From an uncultured Bacilli bacterium (GTDB taxonomy: Bacteria; Bacillota_I; Bacilli_A; RF39; UBA660): a DNA stretch of 64,000 bases. This document shows, piece after piece, positions 31,621 to 40,910 of this stretch. The notes under the pieces are model-generated. The model searched no databases. It had not been told where the DNA came from and saw nothing but the letters and a program-made list of their open reading frames with translations. Location: positions 18,468-82,467 of the forward strand of contig CAKORY010000004.1 of the NCBI GenBank assembly GCA_934101795.1, in the 5' to 3' direction. A program made the translations under genes and the position numbers. Every line of letters begins with the position of its first letter. The stretch's first letter is position 1.

Positions 31621-31711
31621 TTGACGCATTGTTTTTTCTGTGCTATAATACAAGTATTAAAAGTTGTAGTCGTGGTGACTTTTCATCTAGTGTTACAACT
31701 TTTATTTTTTT
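31621..31711 (+). ncRNA. candidate small RNA: promoter TTGACG-17-TGcTATAAT (31621-31649) followed by a ~55-nt hairpin-terminated transcript (31656-31711)
   Basis: Consensus promoter with an extended -10. The transcript folds as AAAAGTTGTA-stem with loop TCGTGGTGACTTTTCA, followed by T8. It overlaps the stop of the convergent 31702-32424 gene. Confidence 0.4.
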
Positions 31712-32424
31712 ACGTTAATATTTTTTAAAATAATAAATTCATTATTTTTCTTTATTCCTATTTCTTCAATCCATCTTGCTTTTCTTCTAAAAATTTCTTC
31801 GGCTTGAATTACTAATTCATTCATACTTAAAGGAGAGTGAGTTGCTTCGAACAAAAATCTCACAGCTTGGTTATTTTTCCCATCAACGTTATGAAATAAT
31901 AATTGTTTACTTGCTCCGATTACTATTTTCATATCATAGTTTCCTAGAAACACATCATTCTTGTAAATTGTACAGTCAGATACGCTAACATTTTCAGGAT
32001 ATTCTATTTCTGGATTTAATTGGATTTTCAAAGTGGTATTTTTACAAAGCCATTTTGCAAAATTTGTTTCTTTTTGTTTTAATCTATATTTTATAAAATG
32101 ATTATCAATCAAATACTTTTTTCCTTTATACTCAAATATTTCATTTTTTTGTAGTATTTTTATTTCATTTCTGATTTCGTGTGTTTCTTCTAACCATTCA
32201 TTTGTAATATCAATATAGGATTGCGAATGTGTATTTTTTTCAACAACACTTTGAATATTTAAAGACATATAAAAACACTTTCTAAGCATCATATAATTAA
32301 GGCATTTTTGGTGTGGCTTCATGATACTGTAAAGTGTTTTAAAAATTCTGTACAAACAAACTATAACATAACATAAGTATATTTGCAATAAAAAATGTAT
32401 CTTTTTCTTAGCAATAAAATACAT
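31702..32424 (-). CDS. hypothetical protein (start uncertain; several in-frame Met)
   Basis: 240-aa ORF with no recognisable domain. Internal starts at MKPHQK or MSLNIQS are likely, since the N-terminal extension is hydrophobic low-complexity. Confidence 0.45.
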   Translation of the reverse strand: MYFIAKKKIHFLLQIYLCYVIVCLYRIFKTLYSIMKPHQKCLNYMMLRKCFYMSLNIQSVVEKNTHSQSYIDITNEWLEETHEIRNEIKILQKNEIFEYKGKKYLIDNHFIKYRLKQKETNFAKWLCKNTTLKIQLNPEIEYPENVSVSDCTIYKNDVFLGNYDMKIVIGASKQLLFHNVDGKNNQAVRFLFEATHSPLSMNELVIQAEEIFRRKARWIEEIGIKKNNEFIILKNINVKK

Positions 32425-32486
32425 TATAAATCATTTTACTTTTTGATTTATACATGCTATAATCTTTAAAGAAAGAAGGACATATC

Positions 32487-33125
32487 ATGGAATATAATAA
32501 AATTAAAAATGCATATAAAATAATTGAAAATAGCAAATACTTTGTTAAGGATCCATATAGATATAAGAATAAATGGCATGATTTATTTGGCAATAAAAAT
32601 CCAATTAGTTTAGAACTTGGTATGGGACGTGGCGAATTTATAATCAATATGGCCAAAAAGTATCCAAATATTAACTTTATTGGGCTTGAACTTTATCCAT
32701 CACAAATGGTTATGGCTACAGAAAAGCTTCAAAAAGAAAAAATTACTAATTTAAAATTAATTAATGATGATGCTAGGAATATCGACAAAATATTTGGTAA
32801 AGAAATATCGACAATATACTTAACTTTCTCAGAACCTTGGCCGAAAGGTATTGATGAAAAAAATAGATTTACTCATATAAGTTATTTAAAATTATATGAT
32901 AAAATATTTAAAAAAGATAAACATATTATTTTAAAGACTGATAATAAAGGACTATTTGCATATTCACTTGAAACACTATCACAATATTGGTACACCTTTA
33001 ATAAAGTTAGTTTAGATTTACATCATGATGAGAGAAATATTAGTAATATAATGACTGATTTTGAAAAACAATATGAAAAAGAAGGAAGACCTATTTATTA
33101 CGTAGATGCTAAATTTGATGAATAA
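32487..33125 (+). CDS. trmB: tRNA (guanine46-N7)-methyltransferase
   Basis: 212 aa with the SAM-binding motif LELGMGRGEF and the TrmB core FSEPWPK. Confidence 0.9.
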   Translation: MEYNKIKNAYKIIENSKYFVKDPYRYKNKWHDLFGNKNPISLELGMGRGEFIINMAKKYPNINFIGLELYPSQMVMATEKLQKEKITNLKLINDDARNIDKIFGKEISTIYLTFSEPWPKGIDEKNRFTHISYLKLYDKIFKKDKHIILKTDNKGLFAYSLETLSQYWYTFNKVSLDLHHDERNISNIMTDFEKQYEKEGRPIYYVDAKFDE

Positions 33126-33151
33126 AACACCAGAAAATCTGGTGTTTTTTA
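33125..33151. terminator. bidirectional intrinsic terminator (AAACACCAG-aaaat-CTGGTGTTT + T-run)
   Basis: Lies between the convergent trmB and 33152-34399 genes. Confidence 0.7.
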
Positions 33152-34399
33152 TTATTCCACTACTTTAAATATGGTTGGTATTCCTCTGGTTCTGTGTCTT
33201 AAAGCTGAATCAATTGGATCATTTAACATATCAAATGTTGCATCTTTTCCAGTACCATGCTTTTCTACCATAACACTTGATGTTCCACCATCTAAGTTTG
33301 CAGCATTAACGGCACCATATCTATCCATGATATCAACTAAATCTTTCATGGAAGCTCCTTTAGTACGAGTAGCATTAGAATCAACAACTAACATTAATAC
33401 AATGCCATCTTTTCTTTGACCAATAGCAGTTCTAGCAGCATATCCCCAACCACCATTTCCTTTAGTAAATGACTTTTGGCCATTAACTATTAAAAATGGC
33501 CCCATGGATACAGCATCTCTAATTCCCATTTCTAAAGCTTTTTCTCCACCAACGTTTTGAAGAAGAACTAAAGTGTTATCAGTATTAAAGCCTACTACGC
33601 CAGATGCACCACCCATATTATGATCGGTTATAATTTTTTTGTTAGATATTGTTAGACCTACGGGATTTGCTCCATTACTATTATAATTTGGATCCATAAA
33701 TCCTCCACCATTAATGGTTAAAACTGAATTTTGTTCCTTTGCCATATCATAAATATATTGTCCACTTCTACCAAGCCATTTAGAATATCCAACACTTATT
33801 TTACTTGGATCATAAACAACTCCTAAATAAGCATCACAGCCATTAACCTTAAATTTTATTATTTTATATAAATCATCCTTATTTCTTTCTAATATCTGTT
33901 TTTCATATTCATTTTTATAATTTAAAGTTTCTTTATGATCAACAAGGGTAGGATCTGTTTCTTTTCCACCATCATCAATATAATTGTTTCCTAAAACTTT
34001 ATTTATTTCTTCGGTACTATAGAACCATTTACAATAATACTGATGGTTCATTGTGGCCATAGCTGTTGTAATAAGCCATTCTTTAAATCCAGTAAATGGG
34101 CCATATAAGATAAACAAAAATGTTGAACAACCAAACATATATGTAACTATTAAAACTGAAACCACTATCATTTTAGCTTTACTAAAGGCTTTTCTATGCT
34201 TATTTTTTACTAAGCTAACTATACCAATAATTAAGCTTAAAACACTAATTATTAAGACAATTAATGATATTAATTTGAATATGTTTTTAACTAAATAATT
34301 AGAATTACATCCAATTACATAAAATACTAAACTTGTAAATAATATAAATGTACTTATCCAAATTAATAATAAACTTTTTTTCTTATTCATTTTTATCAC
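33152..34399 (-). CDS. membrane-anchored phosphodiester glycosidase family protein (NAGPA/DUF2233-like)
   Basis: 415 aa. Three N-terminal TM helices, then a domain with GFNTDNTLVL...NLDGGTSSVM typical of the phosphodiester glycosidase family. Confidence 0.55.
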   Translation of the reverse strand: MIKMNKKKSLLLIWISTFILFTSLVFYVIGCNSNYLVKNIFKLISLIVLIISVLSLIIGIVSLVKNKHRKAFSKAKMIVVSVLIVTYMFGCSTFLFILYGPFTGFKEWLITTAMATMNHQYYCKWFYSTEEINKVLGNNYIDDGGKETDPTLVDHKETLNYKNEYEKQILERNKDDLYKIIKFKVNGCDAYLGVVYDPSKISVGYSKWLGRSGQYIYDMAKEQNSVLTINGGGFMDPNYNSNGANPVGLTISNKKIITDHNMGGASGVVGFNTDNTLVLLQNVGGEKALEMGIRDAVSMGPFLIVNGQKSFTKGNGGWGYAARTAIGQRKDGIVLMLVVDSNATRTKGASMKDLVDIMDRYGAVNAANLDGGTSSVMVEKHGTGKDATFDMLNDPIDSALRHRTRGIPTIFKVVE

Positions 34400-35243
34400 C
34401 TAAATACTCCTTCACTTCTTCTATTGTTTTAGAAAAATCTTCAAAATTTACATTAAACCATTTAACATCCATCTTATTATTAAACCATGTATATTGTCTT
34501 TTAGCATAATGCCTACTATTTTTCTTTATTAAATCAATTGCCTCTTCTATAGTAATATTTCCACTTAAATAGTCGATTATCTCTTTATAACCTATTGCTC
34601 TTTTAAGTATCATACTATTTGGATATTTTTTATAAAGTGTTTTAACTTCTTCAATCAATCCATTATTTATCATTACATCTACTCTATTATCTATAATTTC
34701 ATATAATTTGTTTCTTTCTGTGGTAAGACCTATAAATATACAATCTTCATAAAGCAAAATTGGTTCTATTTTTTGGTCATTACTTCTTTTTAAAAATCTT
34801 TCAAGCCTTACTCTGTTATTTCTGTCTATACAACAATTTTTATCTTTTTTTAAAGCTAAGTCATATAATTTTTCTAAAGAATATGAGCTATAATCTGTGT
34901 CATTTTCATCTTCATAAAATCTATAGTCATAAGCTCCAGCTGTTGCATATAATCCAGTTCCACCTACTATAATAAGATTTTTGTCTTTATATTTTGCGAA
35001 TAAATCTCTTAAATCCTTTTGATAATCCTTAACATTATATTCTTCATCTGGATTTTTTATATCAAAAAGAAAATGCTTAATCCCTTCTTTTTCTTCTTCT
35101 GTTACTTTTGCACTACCTATATTAAGTTCTTTATATACTTGCACAGCATCGCAATTAATTATATAAGCATCTAAATACTTAGCTAAAGCTATACTTAATT
35201 TGGTTTTTCCTACTCCGGTAGGACCCATTATAAATATTTTCAT
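34383..35243 (-). CDS. miaA: tRNA dimethylallyltransferase
   Basis: P-loop IMGPTGVGKTKLSIALA and the MiaA core. Confidence 0.9.
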   Translation of the reverse strand: MKIFIMGPTGVGKTKLSIALAKYLDAYIINCDAVQVYKELNIGSAKVTEEEKEGIKHFLFDIKNPDEEYNVKDYQKDLRDLFAKYKDKNLIIVGGTGLYATAGAYDYRFYEDENDTDYSSYSLEKLYDLALKKDKNCCIDRNNRVRLERFLKRSNDQKIEPILLYEDCIFIGLTTERNKLYEIIDNRVDVMINNGLIEEVKTLYKKYPNSMILKRAIGYKEIIDYLSGNITIEEAIDLIKKNSRHYAKRQYTWFNNKMDVKWFNVNFEDFSKTIEEVKEYLGDKNE

Positions 35244-35302
35244 AAGACATCACTTAATTATTTTAACAAAAATTTGTTTAAATGTCATCTAAAATTTATA
35301 TT

Positions 35303-36190
35303 TTATTTTATTAATTTATATTCTCTTACTTTTATCCTTTCATCACTGCAATATTCCATGATAAACTTATTATCTTTTCTACAAAGTATAATACCTATTG
35401 TTTTATCTTGCATTGGATTTCTTAAATTCTTATCTATATAATTCATATAAACTTCTATTTGACCTATATGTTCTTTTTTTAGTTTAGTAACCTTTAACTC
35501 AACCACTACATAACAATTAAATTCAATGTTATATAATAGTAAATCAATATAATTATAGCTATCACCTATCTTTATTTGGTATTCATTTGATATAAAACTA
35601 AATGAATTACCTAGTTCTTTTAAAAATGCTGGTATATCTTCAAGAATCATTTTTTGTAACAATTTTTCTGATATTACTTCATAATTAGTATTATTTTTTA
35701 TTATAATTGGATTTTTGATAATATCTTGAAGATTTAATTTTTCTTCATTAATTAACTTTAGTTTAGTTTGTTCATCTAATCTTTCATATTCTTTATTTTT
35801 AATACGTTTGCGAAGTTCACGCACTGATAAATTTTGCTCTTTACAAATTGTTATATAGTAATTAATTTTGTTTATATTATCAAACCATATTAATTCACAA
35901 TAATGTGAGTATGTCAAAAAGTCCGACATTGTCGGACTTTTTGACAAAACTTCATAAAATCTTCTTGCATATTTTAATCTGGTTACTGTATATCCTTTGC
36001 CAAATTCTTTAGTTAACTTATCTGAATATTCTTTGATAATACCTTCACCATAATGTTTACCTGCTTCACTTAGTAGTTTTCCAACGTTATAATAAGTTGT
36101 TAAGTCACTTTTGTTTTTTGAATAATCCTTTACCTTTTTAGTTATCTCATTATTTAGTATTTCGTTTTTTATCTCATTATAATAATTCAT
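35303..36190 (-). CDS. DUF1016/YhcG-family PD-(D/E)XK nuclease-like protein, tandem copy a
   Basis: 295 aa. N-terminal YYNVGKLLSEAGKHYGEGIIKEYS...KGY..RLKYARRFY matches the DUF1016 N-domain. C-terminal IDLLLYN-x10-VVELK-x3-LKKEHIGQ is the D..E.K nuclease core. Confidence 0.7.
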   Translation of the reverse strand: MNYYNEIKNEILNNEITKKVKDYSKNKSDLTTYYNVGKLLSEAGKHYGEGIIKEYSDKLTKEFGKGYTVTRLKYARRFYEVLSKSPTMSDFLTYSHYCELIWFDNINKINYYITICKEQNLSVRELRKRIKNKEYERLDEQTKLKLINEEKLNLQDIIKNPIIIKNNTNYEVISEKLLQKMILEDIPAFLKELGNSFSFISNEYQIKIGDSYNYIDLLLYNIEFNCYVVVELKVTKLKKEHIGQIEVYMNYIDKNLRNPMQDKTIGIILCRKDNKFIMEYCSDERIKVREYKLIK

Positions 36191-37058
36191 ATTCTCTTAC
36201 CTTTATCCTTTCATCACTACAATATTCCATGATAAACTTATTATCTTTTTTACAAAGAATAATACCTATCGTTTTATCTTGCATTGAATTTCTTAAATTC
36301 TTATCTATATAATTCATATAAACTTCTATTTGACCTATATGTTCTTTTTTTAATTTTGTAACCTTTAACTCTACAACTACAAAACAGTTAAATTCATAAT
36401 TATACAAAAGTAAATCAATATAGTTATAGTTACAACCAATTTTAATTGGATATTCATTTGATATAAAACAAAATGAATTACCTAGTTCTTTTAAAAATGA
36501 TGGTATGTCTTCAAGAATCATTTTTTGTAACACTTTTTCCGATATTACTTCATAATTAGCATTACTTTTTATTATAATTGGATTTTTGATAGTATCTTGA
36601 ACTTCTAATTTTTCGTCTTTAATTAGCTTTAGTTTTGTTTGTTCATCTAATCTTTCATACTCATTATTTTTAATACATTCTCGAAGCTGTCTAACAGAAA
36701 GACTGTTTTGTTCACACATTGTAATATAATATTTTATTTTAATAGTATCATTTAATTTAAACAATTCACAAAAATGACTCCATGACAAAAAGCCAGACAG
36801 TGTTTGGCTTTTTTGAAAATTATAGAACTTTCTCATATTTTTTAAATTACTTAAACCATAACCTTTACCAAATTCTTTTGTTAACTTTTTTGAATATTTC
36901 TTAATAATACCTTCACCATAATGTTTACCTGCTTCACTTAAAAGTTTTCCAACGTTATAATAAGTTGTTAAATCACTTTTGTTTTTTGAATAATCCTTTA
37001 CCTTTTTAGTTATCTCATTATTTAGTATTTCATTTTTTATCTCATTATAATAATTCAT
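36177..37058 (-). CDS. DUF1016/YhcG-family PD-(D/E)XK nuclease-like protein, tandem copy b
   Basis: 293 aa. The first ~55 and last ~170 residues are almost identical to copies a and c, while the middle is about 50-60% identical. The start overlaps the stop of copy c by 14 nt (GAATATGAATTATTATAATGAG). Confidence 0.7.
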   Translation of the reverse strand: MNYYNEIKNEILNNEITKKVKDYSKNKSDLTTYYNVGKLLSEAGKHYGEGIIKKYSKKLTKEFGKGYGLSNLKNMRKFYNFQKSQTLSGFLSWSHFCELFKLNDTIKIKYYITMCEQNSLSVRQLRECIKNNEYERLDEQTKLKLIKDEKLEVQDTIKNPIIIKSNANYEVISEKVLQKMILEDIPSFLKELGNSFCFISNEYPIKIGCNYNYIDLLLYNYEFNCFVVVELKVTKLKKEHIGQIEVYMNYIDKNLRNSMQDKTIGIILCKKDNKFIMEYCSDERIKVREYELL

Positions 37059-37929
37059 ATTCTCTTACCTTTATCCTTTCATCACTGCAATATTCCATAA
37101 TAAATTTATTATCTTTTCTACAAAGAATAATACCTATCGTTTTATCTTGCATTGGTTTTCTTAAATTCTTATCTATATAATTCATATAAACTTCTATTTG
37201 ACCTATATGTTCTTTTTTTAATTTAGTTATCTTTAATTCTATAACTACATAACAATTGAACTCAATGTTATATAATAGTAAATCAATGTAATTATAGTTG
37301 CAACCAACTTTAATTGGATATTCACTACCTACAAAAGAAAATGAATTACCTAACTCTTTCATAAATTCTTCAATATCTTCAAGAATAATTTTCTCCAATG
37401 CTTTCTCAGATATTACTTCATAATTAGCATTACTTTTTATTATAATTGGATTTTTGATAGTATCTTGAAGTTTTAATTTTTCATCTTTTATTAGCTTTAG
37501 TTTTGTTTGTTCATCTAATCTTTCATACTCATTATTTTTAATGCGTTCTCGAAGCTCACGTTTTGACAAATTATTTTTAATAGTAACATTAATATAATAG
37601 GTTATTTTTTCCTTATTATTAAGTGGTAATAATTCTATATAATGACTCCATGTTAATTGGTCAGCCACCGGCTGACTTTTTCCAAATTCATAAAATAATC
37701 TCATATATTTTAAAGTAGTAACTGAATAATTTTTATTTAATTCCTTACTCAACTTTTTTGAATATTCCTTGATAATACCTTCACCATAATGTTTACCTGC
37801 TTCACTTAAAAGTTTTCCAACGTTATAATAAGTTGTTAAGTCACTTTTGTTTTTTGAATAATCCTTTACCTTTTTAGTTATCTCATTATTTAGTATTTCA
37901 GTTTTTATTTCATTATAATAATTCATCAT
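37045..37929 (-). CDS. DUF1016/YhcG-family PD-(D/E)XK nuclease-like protein, tandem copy c
   Basis: 294 aa with the same architecture. It lies 19 nt downstream of comEC. Confidence 0.7.
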   Translation of the reverse strand: MMNYYNEIKTEILNNEITKKVKDYSKNKSDLTTYYNVGKLLSEAGKHYGEGIIKEYSKKLSKELNKNYSVTTLKYMRLFYEFGKSQPVADQLTWSHYIELLPLNNKEKITYYINVTIKNNLSKRELRERIKNNEYERLDEQTKLKLIKDEKLKLQDTIKNPIIIKSNANYEVISEKALEKIILEDIEEFMKELGNSFSFVGSEYPIKVGCNYNYIDLLLYNIEFNCYVVIELKITKLKKEHIGQIEVYMNYIDKNLRKPMQDKTIGIILCRKDNKFIMEYCSDERIKVREYELL

Positions 37930-37948
37930 ATATTTTCTCCCTGTTTTT

Positions 37949-39994
37949 TTAATTTAATGCATATTTTAGTTTTATTTTATTTTTATTTAACTTTATACAG
38001 ATCGTACCTTTTAAATCTGTTCTTAAAACTTTACTATTTTTTAAATTTTCTAATACTTCTTCATGTGGATGCCCATATTTATTGTTTCTTCCTACACTTA
38101 TGACTGAATAGATTGGTTTTAAAGTATTGATAAAATTCTTACTAGTACTATATTTACTTCCATGATGGCCAATTTTTAAAAAATTAATGTTTGTAATTTT
38201 GTATTTTTCTAATAGTTTTTCTTCAACTTTAATTGATGCATCACCCATAAAAAGAAATTTATAACCTAAAAAAGTTACATAATTTACAATACTATTATCA
38301 TTTTCATTGTCATATATGTCATTATTTAAATTTACTATATTAAAATATTTAAAATTGTATTTTTTTGTAATATTAACTTTAGAAGAAATAATTTCTTTTT
38401 CTAAATTATTAATGTTTCCACTATTTAATATGACACTCTTTACATTGATATTTTCTATAATATTTAAACTTTCTTTTGCATGATCTGCATCACCATGTGT
38501 AATAATCATACATGAAAGACTGGTTATACCTTTACTTTTTAAAAATTTAATAGTGTTGTTACTTAAGTGGTAGACTTTCTTTTTCTTTTTCCAATCAGCC
38601 AGTTTATATTCTACTTTGCCACCAGTATCAATCATAATAGTTTCTTTATTATGCGGAGATACAAGAATACTAGAATCACCTTGACCAACATCTAAATAGT
38701 AAACATAATAGTTAAAATCTAAGAAAGGTAATAATTTACAAGTAACAACTATTAATATTAATAAATATAAGTTTTCCTTTTTCTTAGTTAACAAAATTAT
38801 ATAAAATAAAGTAACAAAAATTATTGGCATTTTGGGTATATTTATTAATAAACAAAATTTACCTAAAAATATATTGAAATTGTTAGTAACTGATATAAAA
38901 AAATTTAATATTGGATTTAAACATGGAAAGATAAACGAAATTAAAATAAATGGATATAAGAATAAACTTACCCAAGGAACAAAAATAATATTAATTAGAA
39001 TTGAAAGTAAATTTACTTCAAAGTTTACTAAGGCCGTAACTGGTAAACTAAATAAAAAAGTTATAATACTTAATTTTAGTAGTTTTATAAAATAATTGCC
39101 TTTTATATAATCGGTGTAATAAATAATACCAAAACAAACAACAAAAGAATAAATAAAACCTAGATCATAAATCATAAAAGGATCGATTAATAAAATTAAA
39201 TAAGCACTTAAAATAAGTATATGCATATTTGAATATCTAAGTTTCTTCAGCTTATTTATTTTTTTCAATATATAAAATATTATAGCACGCATTATTGATG
39301 CAGTTATTCCTGTTAAAAATAAATATAATAACAAAAATACTGATGTTGCAAAAAATTCTTTTTTTTCACTTTTTATAATTTTTGAAATTAATAAAACTAA
39401 CATATTAATATGCATTCCTGATATTGCTAATAAATGACTAATACCATTTTTTTGATATGCATCGTAGATATCACTTGATAGTAGTGCCTTATCCCCAAGT
39501 ATGAAAGCTAAATAGTAATCACTATTTTCACTATTGTATATTTTTTTAAATAAGTTATCCTTTAATTTATAGATTAGATTATTACTATCAATTATTTTAT
39601 ATTCAGAAATATTAAAAATATAATATATTTTTTTGTTATATAAATATCTTTTATAATTAAAAGTATTTGGCACTGTATTATTAAGAGGTTCACTAAATGA
39701 ACCTCTTAAATATACTTTGCTTCCAAGATGAAATGTATTAAATATACTATTTTTTTCTTCTTCTGTTTGAACATAATAATTTGCTATTATATTTTCCCTA
39801 GCTTTAATATTTATTGTAAGTTTATTTCCATCAAGTTTCATACTTGTGATTATACCAGTTACATATTCCTCTTTTATGTCATATTTAGAGGAATATTTTA
39901 TTATTTTTGTAAAAAATATTATATAAATAAATATAAATATACCTAATATTACTAAAAGTTTATTAAATTGTAATATTTGCTTTAAATTTTTCAT
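37949..39994 (-). CDS. comEC: DNA internalization competence protein ComEC/Rec2
   Basis: 681 aa polytopic membrane protein with a C-terminal metallo-beta-lactamase domain (HGDADH). Confidence 0.9.
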   Translation of the reverse strand: MKNLKQILQFNKLLVILGIFIFIYIIFFTKIIKYSSKYDIKEEYVTGIITSMKLDGNKLTINIKARENIIANYYVQTEEEKNSIFNTFHLGSKVYLRGSFSEPLNNTVPNTFNYKRYLYNKKIYYIFNISEYKIIDSNNLIYKLKDNLFKKIYNSENSDYYLAFILGDKALLSSDIYDAYQKNGISHLLAISGMHINMLVLLISKIIKSEKKEFFATSVFLLLYLFLTGITASIMRAIIFYILKKINKLKKLRYSNMHILILSAYLILLIDPFMIYDLGFIYSFVVCFGIIYYTDYIKGNYFIKLLKLSIITFLFSLPVTALVNFEVNLLSILINIIFVPWVSLFLYPFILISFIFPCLNPILNFFISVTNNFNIFLGKFCLLINIPKMPIIFVTLFYIILLTKKKENLYLLILIVVTCKLLPFLDFNYYVYYLDVGQGDSSILVSPHNKETIMIDTGGKVEYKLADWKKKKKVYHLSNNTIKFLKSKGITSLSCMIITHGDADHAKESLNIIENINVKSVILNSGNINNLEKEIISSKVNITKKYNFKYFNIVNLNNDIYDNENDNSIVNYVTFLGYKFLFMGDASIKVEEKLLEKYKITNINFLKIGHHGSKYSTSKNFINTLKPIYSVISVGRNNKYGHPHEEVLENLKNSKVLRTDLKGTICIKLNKNKIKLKYALN

Positions 39995-40739
39995 AAGTTG
40001 CCTTACCGATACCTTTAACTTTCATTATTTCATCAATAGATTTAAATTCTCCATTAGCTTCACGATAATCAATGATTTTTTGGGCTTTAGCTTCACCTAT
40101 ACCAGTAAGGGTTGAAAGTTCTTTTATACCTGCAGTATTAATGTTTACTAATTTATTTACTAATGTGTTTTTATTATCATTATTATCATTTGATTTAATT
40201 TCATCAACAACTTTACTTTCGGATTTTTCAATTACACTTTCATTATTTTCTAGAGAACTATCAATATTATATTCTGGTACTATATTTTTTTCATTAGTCT
40301 TATTAGAAAATGAAGTATTTTTATTTGTACTTGAACTTTTATTTACATTATTTGGCTTATCTACACTACTTGCTTTTTTCTTTATATTATCTTTATCATA
40401 AACAACAACAACCATTTCATCCTTAAGTTTCATACTTAAATTAATATTGTCATAATAAGCTTTTTTGCTAAAACCTCCGGCTGCATCAATTAAATCTTTA
40501 AGTCTACTGCCTTCATCAAACTCATAAACTCCAGGTGATATAACTTCTCCTTTTATTTCGGCTTTAATTTTTATACTTTGATTTTTTTCAGAAATAGTTT
40601 CATTAACTAATAAGTTATTATTTTCACTATCAATATACTCATCATCATTAAAATTCATAAATGCATAAATTCCTCCACTAATTATTAATAAAATTATTGT
40701 TATTCCAACTATTATTACTTTTTTATTAAATATTTTCAT
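39963..40739 (-). CDS. comEA: competence protein ComEA (DNA receptor, SLBB + tandem helix-hairpin-helix)
   Basis: N-terminal TM, an SLBB-like IKGEVISPGVYEFDEGSRLKDLIDAAGG, and a C-terminal HhH2 (LVNINTAGIKELSTLTGIGEAKAQKII). RBS AGGAGGA. Confidence 0.85.
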   Translation of the reverse strand: MKIFNKKVIIVGITIILLIISGGIYAFMNFNDDEYIDSENNNLLVNETISEKNQSIKIKAEIKGEVISPGVYEFDEGSRLKDLIDAAGGFSKKAYYDNINLSMKLKDEMVVVVYDKDNIKKKASSVDKPNNVNKSSSTNKNTSFSNKTNEKNIVPEYNIDSSLENNESVIEKSESKVVDEIKSNDNNDNKNTLVNKLVNINTAGIKELSTLTGIGEAKAQKIIDYREANGEFKSIDEIMKVKGIGKATYEKFKANITI

Positions 40740-40849
40740 ATTTCCTCCTTCTAAGTATCCTAATTTATCCTCTCATATTATATATTTCCTAAATTACTTA
40801 AAATTTCCCCAGTTATTATAAAGTTTTTTAAAATAAGTTTATTATACAT

Positions 40850-40877
40850 AAAAAAAGCCCATAAATTGGGCTTTTTA
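40850..40877. terminator. bidirectional intrinsic terminator (A7-AGCCCA-taaat-TGGGCT-T5)
   Basis: GC stem flanked by an A-run and a T-run, lying between the 40911-41918 gene and comEA. Confidence 0.7.
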
Positions 40878-40910
40878 AGTATGTCAAATTTGTGTATATA
40901 TTTACATATT

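Larger units (their letters stand above)
35303..37929. repeat. head-to-tail triplication of a ~870-bp gene unit (period ~868 bp)
   Basis: The three ORFs have near-identical 5' (~165 nt) and 3' (~500 nt) segments and identical 14-nt stop/start overlaps. Confidence 0.8.

Noticed and set aside
32408-32656. 82-aa minus-strand ORF overlapping the trmB start
   Set aside because: Antisense to the trmB promoter/5' end, low-complexity hydrophobic sequence, no RBS. Treated as spurious.
35303-37929. DUF1016 triplication considered as an insertion sequence or transposon array
   Set aside because: No transposase, integrase or terminal inverted repeats. The unit is a single nuclease-fold gene and the junctions are in-frame stop/start overlaps. 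It is a tandem gene amplification, not a mobile element.
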